Origin: Planctomycetota bacterium
Lineage (GTDB): Bacteria; Planctomycetota; SZUA-567; H5-PLA8
Assembly: GCA_038227875.1 (NCBI GenBank)
Contig: JBBRPR010000073.1
Coordinates: 1-40,010 of the forward strand
Reading direction: 5' to 3'
Length of the DNA stretch: 40,010 nt
Positions 18,871-26,915 of the stretch are shown here, in pieces. The notes beneath the pieces were generated by a model, which worked only from the letters and a program-made list of their open reading frames with translations, was not told the DNA's origin and ran no database searches. How positions within the stretch are numbered: position 1 is the stretch's first letter; each line of letters opens with the position of its first letter. The position numbers and the translations under genes are program-made.

Positions 18871-20721
18871 GTGAAGACGAACCGAATCCGGTGCTCCGCC
18901 GTCGGCGCAGCGCTACTGGCGGCGTTGGTTTTCGGCGCCGCGTGGGGTGGCGAGGATGCCCCCGGCGGGGTCTGGTCGTTTCGCAACGGGTTTGGCGGGC
19001 ACTTTCCGGACGCCACGCCGCCTCTGAGTTGGAACGCCACTGAAAACGTCGCGTGGCACCTGCCACTCAAAAAACGAGCGAACGCGTCTCCAATTATTGT
19101 CGGCGACAAAGTCTTCACGCTCGAAGAGCCGAGCACGCTGTTGTGTGTCAATAAAGCCGATGGCCGAGTGCTCTGGTCGCGCCCGAACACGCTTTCGGAT
19201 GTGCTCGGAGAAGGTGCGAAAGATCGCGCCGCTTTGCCGCGCACAGATTGGCTCAGCACGTACGGATACACGACGCCGACACCGGTCTCCGATGGAATGC
19301 ATGTCTGGTGCGTGTTCGGGCATGGCATCGTCGTCTGCTACGATCTTGATGGCACGAGAGAGTGGTTCGCGGAATTCAATGTCGCCGACAAGATCAGTGG
19401 CGTTGCTGTTTCGCCATGCTTGATTGATGGCGTGCTGCTTGTTGGCGGCAAAGGCGATGATCGACTGTGCGGATTCGACGCTGCGACCGGGAAGAAGCTC
19501 TGGCACACCGACGAGGGCACGCAGGAAGGTTCCTGCGTGCCGATCACGCTGAACGGGAAGCATTACGCCGTGGCATCCGCGGGAATCCTGCTGGATCCGC
19601 ACACGGGCCAGATCCTGCAGCGCAACCTGCTCGGGGCGGGATTTCAAGGCGACGGTTCCAAGCTGCCGGTGAACTGGGGACCAACCGTGCTGGTGGATGG
19701 AAATACGGCGTACTTCCACGCGCACTTTCAGCCCAATCAATACAACACGGTACTTCGCGCCGTGAAACTCGATGCCGATGCAGCGCCGCAGCAGCTCTGG
19801 GAATTTTATCCCAACACCCATTCAGACATCCGCGGTCGCATGGGAAATTCGCCGCTGCTGCTCAACGGACTGCTCTACGCGATCAAAGACAGCGGCATGC
19901 TGCAAGTCTTCGCTGCCCCGACCGGCGCGCTCGTATATGAACAGCAATTGCCGCGGCATTCGTATGCCAGCCTCGCGTTGGCCGGGCCGTACATCTACGC
20001 GTTCGGCGGCAGCATCGTCACGATCTTCAAACCCGGCAAAGTCTTCGAGCAAGTGGCGCAGTTCAAACACGGCTTCACGGATTTCATCGCCTCTCCGGTT
20101 TTCGAAAATCGACGCCTGTATTTCCGCGACAGCACCGGATTGTGGTGCATCGAAGCCCCGGCCGCAGCCGCCCCCGTATCTTCGGTGGCATCTACAGCAG
20201 CGCTCAGCGACACCGGTCCCGACCTCGCCGACACCGCGAAGACTGCACCGCTGCTCTCGTATTCGGAGTGGCTGCTGGAGTACGACCAGACGCGCCTGCC
20301 ACTGCGCCGCTTCAGTTTGATTTTCGAATGGTCCTTCGCGGCGCTGGCAATCGTATTGGGCCTCTGGGCCGTGCGACGCGCGGCCGCGCCGCCCCGTTTT
20401 CGCGTGCTGACCGTCTTTGCCATGCTGCTCGCGGGATTGACGCCGTTATTGATGTTCACCGATCGCGTCGGCAATGCGTATTATCCCGTCGGCGTGTGGT
20501 GCGTCGCCGGCGGCCTGATCGCGTGGAAGTACCTCACACAACCCACGCCAGCAGTTCACCGCAAACATCTACGCCCGGCGCAAAGAGAATTTTCGTCGTT
20601 TGCAAAAGCGTACATGCTCTCGTGGGGCTGGCTGCTCGGCGGAGCCGCCGGCCTGGCGATTCACCACATCCCCTTTCAACTCACACTGATGTGGTACGTC
20701 CTCACCGGCTGGCAGAAATAA
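18871..20721 (+). CDS. PQQ-like beta-propeller protein with C-terminal TM helices
   Basis: Signal peptide, WSFRNG...PPLSWNATENVAW, ASPIIVGDKVF, TPTPVSDG; about 4 hydrophobic segments at the C-terminus. Confidence 0.82.
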   Translation: MKTNRIRCSAVGAALLAALVFGAAWGGEDAPGGVWSFRNGFGGHFPDATPPLSWNATENVAWHLPLKKRANASPIIVGDKVFTLEEPSTLLCVNKADGRVLWSRPNTLSDVLGEGAKDRAALPRTDWLSTYGYTTPTPVSDGMHVWCVFGHGIVVCYDLDGTREWFAEFNVADKISGVAVSPCLIDGVLLVGGKGDDRLCGFDAATGKKLWHTDEGTQEGSCVPITLNGKHYAVASAGILLDPHTGQILQRNLLGAGFQGDGSKLPVNWGPTVLVDGNTAYFHAHFQPNQYNTVLRAVKLDADAAPQQLWEFYPNTHSDIRGRMGNSPLLLNGLLYAIKDSGMLQVFAAPTGALVYEQQLPRHSYASLALAGPYIYAFGGSIVTIFKPGKVFEQVAQFKHGFTDFIASPVFENRRLYFRDSTGLWCIEAPAAAAPVSSVASTAALSDTGPDLADTAKTAPLLSYSEWLLEYDQTRLPLRRFSLIFEWSFAALAIVLGLWAVRRAAAPPRFRVLTVFAMLLAGLTPLLMFTDRVGNAYYPVGVWCVAGGLIAWKYLTQPTPAVHRKHLRPAQREFSSFAKAYMLSWGWLLGGAAGLAIHHIPFQLTLMWYVLTGWQK

Positions 20722-20777
20722 TTCAGGCGGCGAGCAATTGCATAACAAAATCGCGCTCTCTTTCGCACATCATAAAC

Positions 20778-20812
20778 ATGACCGATGACCCATGCCCCAT
20801 GACCGATGACTC
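20778..20812. repeat. Heptamer tandem repeat (ATGACCG-like x5)
   Basis: ATGACCG ATGACCC ATGCCCC ATGACCG ATGACTC between convergent stops. Confidence 0.85.
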
Positions 20813-20814
20813 TG

Positions 20815-21765
20815 TTAATTAGTGCCGATGCTCTCGACGCCCAGCCCGTAAAACGTGTATTCGCAATCGGAAATCTGTTCGAGCGCAAACCCCGCATAGC
20901 CGCCTTGCGCGTCTTCCAAACTGCGCGCGTATTTCAGTGCGCCTTCGACGTAGCGCGGGTCGAGTTTTCCGAGCATCTTCAGCGTGAACAGTCCGGTGTA
21001 GGTGCTGAGCAGATCGGCGATCGGCGCGGCTGGTGTGGCGTAAAATCCGCCCTCACCGCTGAACATGCTGGCGATGAATGCCGCGTGAGGTTCGGGATCG
21101 ACAGGGTCTTCAAGAATCACCGAGAGCGCAATGGCCGCCGCGCAACCGTTGGTGCCCGGCCGCTTGCTGTAGCGATTCTCAAGAAATCCGCCGCTGCTCT
21201 GCGTCAGGCTGCGCAGCAATTCGCGTCCGTGTTCGGGCTTGGGCAGATCAACGCCCATCCGCATATAAGCGCAGGCCGCCAGAAAAGTGTGATAGAGACT
21301 GCCGCACGCATCCGTATCCGTCTTGGCCCAGCCGCCGTCTTCGCGACGTAGCGCATCGAGCCGCGAGACCGTGGCGTCGCGCGCCGCTTGCCGCTCCGTT
21401 TCGGAAAGCGCCGCTCCCCCGCCCTCTTCGCACAACGCCCACGCATCCCACCACGATGCCGCCATCACCGCATCGCTGAACGCGCCCTTTGGCTGTCGAA
21501 TGCGCGCCGCCGGTGATTCGTTCAACAACGCGCGGAGGTATTGCTGCGCACGCGATGCGACATCGGACGAGAGCTCATTCAGCGAAGAGAGACTGCGCAG
21601 AGCGAAGGTCGTGTAGTAGAGCTCCGAGTTGCCGCGCCGGTTGGCAAACGCGCCGTCCGCATTTTGTCGCGCGAGAATCCATGCCGCGTGGCGCGCGCGA
21701 TATTCGGCGGGCGTCGCAGCGAGACCCATGCGAACGTCGTCGCGAAGGAGAGCGAGGAAACTCAT
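20815..21765 (-). CDS. Prenyltransferase/squalene oxidase repeat protein (single alpha/alpha barrel)
   Basis: QNADGAF..ELYYTTFAL, DGGW..SLYHTFLA, EGGF..DLLSTYTGL, GGY..SDCEYTFYGLG repeats. Confidence 0.87.
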   Translation of the reverse strand: MSFLALLRDDVRMGLAATPAEYRARHAAWILARQNADGAFANRRGNSELYYTTFALRSLSSLNELSSDVASRAQQYLRALLNESPAARIRQPKGAFSDAVMAASWWDAWALCEEGGGAALSETERQAARDATVSRLDALRREDGGWAKTDTDACGSLYHTFLAACAYMRMGVDLPKPEHGRELLRSLTQSSGGFLENRYSKRPGTNGCAAAIALSVILEDPVDPEPHAAFIASMFSGEGGFYATPAAPIADLLSTYTGLFTLKMLGKLDPRYVEGALKYARSLEDAQGGYAGFALEQISDCEYTFYGLGVESIGTN

Positions 21766-21775
21766 GCGCAGCGCG

Positions 21776-23698
21776 TCAATCGAGCAGCGTCGCAGCCAGG
21801 AACGTGAACAATGCCATCAATCCGTCGTGGTTCACGGACTCCACGGCTTTCATCGCGCGCACGCGCTGATTGTCGGCGAGCAACGCCGCCTGCAGCGGGA
21901 TCTCGTGCTTGAAGTAGATCTCCTTCAGGCGCTCAAGCTTCACAGTTGTTTGCGGACCTTCGCGGGCGGCCTTGAGTAGGTCGGCGCGTTCGGCGTCGTT
22001 GGCGGCTTCAAGCGCGAGCGCGTAGAGCAGCGTCGGACGGCCTTTCAGGATGTCGCCGCAGGCTTCGACCTTATTGCTGATATCGCCTTCGACGTCCTTC
22101 AAGTCGTTCTGGATCTGATACGCGACGCCGAGGTGCTTGGAGAACTCCGAAAGTTCGCGATCCCATTTGCCGTCGCCGCCGCCTAGCACCACGCCCGAAT
22201 ACAGCGCTGCGTCGAACGCCGGTGCCGTTTTCAACGCGTAAAGTCGCAGACATTCGATGCCCTGAATGTTCTTCTCGCCGCCTTTGCGCCAGAGCAACTC
22301 AGCGCCCTGGCCTTCGGAGAGCCGCACGTGCGAGGCGGCCATCTTCTTGAGAATGCGCACAGATTTTTCCGCGCCGATGCTGTCGAGTTCATCGGCGATC
22401 AAGCGGTAGCCTCGCCCGAGCAGGTAGTCGCCGATGTTCAGCGCGATCGGGACGGAGTGCGACTTATGGAGCGTTTCGGTGCCGTAACGGAAATCGTCGT
22501 CGTCTTCGATGTCGTCGTGAATCAGCGACGCTTTGTGAAAAATCTCCATCGCAGCCGAGATGCGTTTGACGCTCATCGGCACTTCTTCTTCGTCGGTCAG
22601 CGCCTGCCAGGCCGCGGCCGTGACGAACGGGCGGAAGCGCTTCCCGCCCTTGCGCATCCACGCCAGCGAAATGCGTTCGGCTTCGGCGACCTTGTCGCCC
22701 TTCGGAGCACTCCCGCGTTCGGACGGCACGATCTCCGCCAGCGGCTTGGGATCAAAGTAGTGGCCGACATCGCGCAGCAGCGGCACGAAACTGCGCGTGC
22801 GTTTCGCGCCGGTCTTCTGATAGCCGATCGCGGAAAGCACCCAGTCTTCGTCGACTTCGGTGTTGTGACAGGTGTCGCGCAGCAGCGGAATCGCCAGCGA
22901 GGGGATGCCAACCTGCAGCACCTTGTCGAATGCCTTCTCGAGCACGTTCAAGCAGGCGATGCCAAGGATGCCGTCGACTTCACCCGTGGCGATCAGCTTC
23001 AGCACAATCGGCGTGCCTTCGGCGACGAGAACGTTGTAGCCCATGCGTTCGCCGACGCTGTTCAAGTCAGCGATCGAACAGAGTCCGCAGTTGTTGCAAT
23101 GGAGCTGGACGTCGTCCATTTTCGCAGTGCAGTTTTCCGCCTGCTTCAGGCAGTGCGGCATCAGGAAGAGGCGTTTTTCAAACGGAATCGCGGCAAACTC
23201 TTCGCGCCAGTACTCGTTGTTGATCAGCACCATCGCAAAACCAATAAAAGTGTGATCGTAGCCGAGCGGCTTAAGCAGTTCTTCGGCGGCCTTGAACAAG
23301 ACCTGCTTGTTCGGCGGCCGGTTGCGCGGAATTTTCGCCGCGACGGCAACGGCCTGTTTGCGGATCAGTTCGCGCTGCTCTTTGGATTCCGGAATGGATT
23401 TGAAATTCTCGCCGGCGGGCCGCCATTCGTCATGGCGGTACGCTACTGGCGCACGGGCTTCGACGGTTCCCGACTCGGGATGACGGATCAATTCCTGAAC
23501 GAGATTCGATTCCGACTGCGGAACGTTGGCCACTTTTTCCAGCACGCCGAAATTACCGCCAGGAAGTTGCACGCCTTTGGCCGCGGCGACCGCAAGAGCG
23601 TCAAGCGGACCTTTTGACGAGACCGGCCGCGCTTCTGGAACGGCAACAGGAGCGGCTGCAATGGGGAGTGGAGTGGTCTGTACGTCGGTGGTTTTCAT
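21776..23698 (-). CDS. DUF116 domain fused to a trans-polyprenyl synthase domain
   Basis: Cys-rich PHCLK..C..HCNNCGLCSI..GIAC (DUF116-like); GGKRFRP, HDDIEDDDDFRYG, GQGAEL, KTA, YQIQNDLKD; ATG 23698 overlaps the upstream stop (ATGA). Confidence 0.88.
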   Translation of the reverse strand: MKTTDVQTTPLPIAAAPVAVPEARPVSSKGPLDALAVAAAKGVQLPGGNFGVLEKVANVPQSESNLVQELIRHPESGTVEARAPVAYRHDEWRPAGENFKSIPESKEQRELIRKQAVAVAAKIPRNRPPNKQVLFKAAEELLKPLGYDHTFIGFAMVLINNEYWREEFAAIPFEKRLFLMPHCLKQAENCTAKMDDVQLHCNNCGLCSIADLNSVGERMGYNVLVAEGTPIVLKLIATGEVDGILGIACLNVLEKAFDKVLQVGIPSLAIPLLRDTCHNTEVDEDWVLSAIGYQKTGAKRTRSFVPLLRDVGHYFDPKPLAEIVPSERGSAPKGDKVAEAERISLAWMRKGGKRFRPFVTAAAWQALTDEEEVPMSVKRISAAMEIFHKASLIHDDIEDDDDFRYGTETLHKSHSVPIALNIGDYLLGRGYRLIADELDSIGAEKSVRILKKMAASHVRLSEGQGAELLWRKGGEKNIQGIECLRLYALKTAPAFDAALYSGVVLGGGDGKWDRELSEFSKHLGVAYQIQNDLKDVEGDISNKVEACGDILKGRPTLLYALALEAANDAERADLLKAAREGPQTTVKLERLKEIYFKHEIPLQAALLADNQRVRAMKAVESVNHDGLMALFTFLAATLLD

Positions 23699-25467
23699 GC
23701 CGCTGTCGCCGCCTCGATGCCATGCCGCGTTTTCGCCAGCGCGCCCAGCCCGCCGAGCGCGTAATAAAGCGGATACAATTCCTCGTAGTACCAGAGAACC
23801 GCAAAGTAAAACCCAATCGGTGCCGGATTCCACGACCCGTCCGCGCGCTGATGTTCGACCAGCCACTGCGCCGCGCGCTGGCATTCGACGTCGTCGAACG
23901 TGTAGCCTTGCGCAACAAGTGCTCGAAGCGCGAGTCCGGTTTCTTCAGCGGTGCTCGGTGCGCTGGATGTGCCGCCGAAACCGCCGTCCGAGTTTTGGAT
24001 GGAGAGCAGCCATTTCAGTGCCCGCTTCTTCATCGCGTCGGCACACGTTACACCGTTACACGCCAGGAGCACATGAACCGTACCATAGGTTTCATTACTT
24101 TCGTGCGAACTGCTTTCGCAACCAAACCACAATGGACGAAACGCACCGTCATCACGTTGAACGCTGGATAAATACGCGTATCCAGCAGTGAATACCTCGC
24201 GTGTAAGCCCGAACGAATTCTGCGCCATCAGTTTGTATTGGTCGGGAAACAGCGCGCGCAAGGCGTGAGCCGTCAAATCCGGAGCGCTACGGTCGAATGG
24301 CAATTTCTCCCAGCCGCGGCAGAACGTAGGCCATCCACCGTTCCGGTTCCGCAATTGAATCAGCCATTCCGTTCCCGAAGCGATTGCTGCGTGATTCTCC
24401 GGCACGCCCAAATGCCGCAGCGCAATAATCGCCCCCGACGTGTCATCCACATCCGGCACGCTTCCCGCGAGGTGATTCCATCCCCACCCGCCCGGCTGCG
24501 TGTCGGAGTACACCGACCGCGTCATGCATTGCTGCTGCAGCAACCAATCGCGCGTCGTCGCGCGTTCAGATTCGCTGAGCGCCGTCTCAAGCAACCCGCC
24601 AGCGGCGAGCGCATCGATGGCGCGCGTCGTGTTCCAGACGGATAGATTCACTTCGACCGGCCAGGATCCATCCTCGCGCTGCGTGCTGATCAGGAACTTC
24701 CGCGCGTTCTTCGCAATCGGATGATCGGCGCGGCCGGCCGACTTCAGGCCGATCAAGCAGAACGCGGTGATCGGAGACGCTTCCAAGTAGCCGCCGCTCT
24801 CTGGCTGCATCTTTAAAATCGCCTCGAGCGCCTGTTCCGTAATGCGGTTCCGCCACCAGCGGATCGGCGCAAACCAACTGGGCGCTTTCGCATGGCGCGA
24901 CAAGCCGACGCAGACTAGCGCCGGCAGCGCGTAACTGACGACCGGCAGCCGCAGTGCACCCATCAACGAGCGCGGCGCCAGTGCAAGTTCAAACGGGAGC
25001 GCATCCACATCGTTCCACGTGAACGATTGCAGCCCTGCATGCGCTGCCGTCATCCGAATCGGAACCTGAAACGTCAAATCGCTGCCGTACACGCGCCGCA
25101 AACCTTCGCGCACGCCGCCGAGCTTCTCCGTGTATGCCAGTCCGCACTTCCGCGCGTCTGCGGAGAGAAACGCGTTGCACGCGTCCGCACAGAGCACGAG
25201 CAGCGACGCGGCGAGATTGCTTTTGCTGATCTCCGTGTCGCCCCAGCCGCCGTCGGCGTTCTGCGTCTTTGAAAGATAAGCGTAAGCGGAAGTCCAGCGC
25301 GCCGCCGGAAGATCGTCGCGATCCAGCGCGCACAGCGCCACGGCTGTTCCCAGCGGAGACGACGCCAGCCGACCTTCCCAATATCCCGCCGAATTTCGCC
25401 CCGCGACCAGCGCGTTCAATGCGCGATCGACAGAAGACGCCAATTCCGTGGGGGTAAAGTTCGCCAT
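23695..25467 (-). CDS. Squalene-hopene-cyclase-like class II terpene cyclase
   Basis: PDVDDTSGA (DxDD), QW repeats QNADGGW, QREDGSW, QNSDGGF, QRADGSW; GGWPTFC, PDLTAH. Confidence 0.88.
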   Translation of the reverse strand: MANFTPTELASSVDRALNALVAGRNSAGYWEGRLASSPLGTAVALCALDRDDLPAARWTSAYAYLSKTQNADGGWGDTEISKSNLAASLLVLCADACNAFLSADARKCGLAYTEKLGGVREGLRRVYGSDLTFQVPIRMTAAHAGLQSFTWNDVDALPFELALAPRSLMGALRLPVVSYALPALVCVGLSRHAKAPSWFAPIRWWRNRITEQALEAILKMQPESGGYLEASPITAFCLIGLKSAGRADHPIAKNARKFLISTQREDGSWPVEVNLSVWNTTRAIDALAAGGLLETALSESERATTRDWLLQQQCMTRSVYSDTQPGGWGWNHLAGSVPDVDDTSGAIIALRHLGVPENHAAIASGTEWLIQLRNRNGGWPTFCRGWEKLPFDRSAPDLTAHALRALFPDQYKLMAQNSFGLTREVFTAGYAYLSSVQRDDGAFRPLWFGCESSSHESNETYGTVHVLLACNGVTCADAMKKRALKWLLSIQNSDGGFGGTSSAPSTAEETGLALRALVAQGYTFDDVECQRAAQWLVEHQRADGSWNPAPIGFYFAVLWYYEELYPLYYALGGLGALAKTRHGIEAATAA

Positions 25468-25562
25468 TCCGCCTTTCGCCTTACTTCACTTCACCTATAC
25501 GACGATCAACCCACACCATGGTTGAATTTGAGACTTTTCGAGCCGATTCCTGAAGCCGTCCG

Positions 25563-26756
25563 CTATCCCAGCGCTGCCATTCCAAAGAACACCTGTTTCT
25601 TCAAGAACCGGTAGACCCAGTAGTCTTCGGGAATTTCGTGGTCCGGATTGTGATGGCTGTGCCGCGGCGTGATCGCGTTCAGTTCCTGAAAGGCCGTGTT
25701 GCGCCCGGAGTAGTCCGCCGCGCCCGACGTCTTGATGAATTCGTGGAGCTCCTGCGGATGCTCCAGGATCACGCAGCCTTTCGTCCGCTTCTTCACAAAC
25801 TTCGTGAAGCCGCGGAGGTACTCGCTTTCGTTGATCGTCTTGTACAAGTCTCCGCCATTATCGCTGACGCGTTCCTTCGCGAACGAAAGCGCGGGGCAGA
25901 TTTCGATGCTGCCCTGCGGCCCGATGTGATACCCCAGCCCCATCGCCGCGGGGCAGAAGGCCTCGCCTGTCGCGGTCCAGTAGGTATCGATGATCAGGAT
26001 CGGGTGTTTGCGGCGCAACTCCAGCAATCGCTTGCGCATCCACACCAATTGCTCCTTCTTGACGCAGTATTCCGGATGCGGCGGCGTGCCCATCGGGCGG
26101 TAGACGTAGTACCAGATGTACATCGCGCCGCGGTCGATGAAGTGCTGTACGTATTCATCGCTCATCACCTCCGCCATATTACTCCCAGTGGCGGTGCAGG
26201 CGGTTCCAAACAAAATGCCCTTTTTCTTCAGGCGCTTCATGCCTTCGTCGGCGGCTTCGAACACGCCCTGACCGCGGCGCAGATCGTTCTGCTCCTTGAA
26301 ACCATCGATGCTGATCAGCGGCGTGACGTTGCCGACTTCGGCCAGCCTCTTCACGTTCTCTTCGGTGAACAGCATGCCATTGGTGATGGTCTGGAAATAA
26401 CAATCTTTATGGCGCGCGAAGACATCGAAGATGCCTTTGTGCATGAACGGCTCGCCACCGAGCAGCGTGTAGTAGAAGGCCTTGTTCTTTTTACCGGTGT
26501 TGATGATGCCGTCGAGATTCTCCGGCGTCATGTAGTTGGCGTTGCCTTCTTTTTCGACCCAGCAGCCGTGGCAGCGCAAATTACAGGTGTTGGTCAGCGC
26601 GATGAACATGAACGGCGGGTAGAGCTCGTCGTTCTTCATGCGTTTTTTGTATGCCGAAATAGCACGCATGCCCTTGAACGCATAGAGGTACCCCGCTTTA
26701 AGCGCCAGCCGGGGCGAGAGTTCAGTGGCCAGTCGATAGGCATAGCGGGTCAGCAT
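25563..26756 (-). CDS. Radical SAM protein with C-terminal Cys-containing (twitch/SPASM-like) extension
   Basis: TNTCNLRCHGC, LGGEPF, TNG, ISIDG, FCPAA...IEICP...GCVIL. Confidence 0.9.
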   Translation of the reverse strand: MLTRYAYRLATELSPRLALKAGYLYAFKGMRAISAYKKRMKNDELYPPFMFIALTNTCNLRCHGCWVEKEGNANYMTPENLDGIINTGKKNKAFYYTLLGGEPFMHKGIFDVFARHKDCYFQTITNGMLFTEENVKRLAEVGNVTPLISIDGFKEQNDLRRGQGVFEAADEGMKRLKKKGILFGTACTATGSNMAEVMSDEYVQHFIDRGAMYIWYYVYRPMGTPPHPEYCVKKEQLVWMRKRLLELRRKHPILIIDTYWTATGEAFCPAAMGLGYHIGPQGSIEICPALSFAKERVSDNGGDLYKTINESEYLRGFTKFVKKRTKGCVILEHPQELHEFIKTSGAADYSGRNTAFQELNAITPRHSHHNPDHEIPEDYWVYRFLKKQVFFGMAALG

Positions 26757-26768
26757 GTTTTTACCTAA

Positions 26769-26790
26769 ATTAGTAAGCTTACGTACTATT
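26769..26790. promoter_or_regulatory. Putative MarR-type operator upstream of the terpenoid operon
   Basis: ATTAGTAAGCTTACGTACTATT, 18/22 to the same palindrome as 16715-16736; 12 bp upstream of the ATG. Confidence 0.6.
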
Positions 26791-26915
26791 TCCTACACTC
26801 TTTCCGCCCGATGTCCTTAAAAATTTGCAAAAATCCTTATTCAGACTAGCCTCTGCTGCCTTCCGGTCAATGGTTCGATGGAAACTAGCGCCGTCCTGGC
26901 CAAGAGGTCTTCGCG

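Noticed and set aside
23699..23884. N-terminal extension of the polyprenyl synthase in the ORF track
   Set aside because: Overlaps the cyclase gene; ATGA coupling at 23695-23698 gives the better start
23695..25467. Calling this gene shc
   Set aside because: Fold and DxDD match, but context lacks hpn genes; substrate cannot be assigned
25488..25505. Third copy of the operator (CACCTATACGAC)
   Set aside because: Only a partial half-site match with no dyad symmetry
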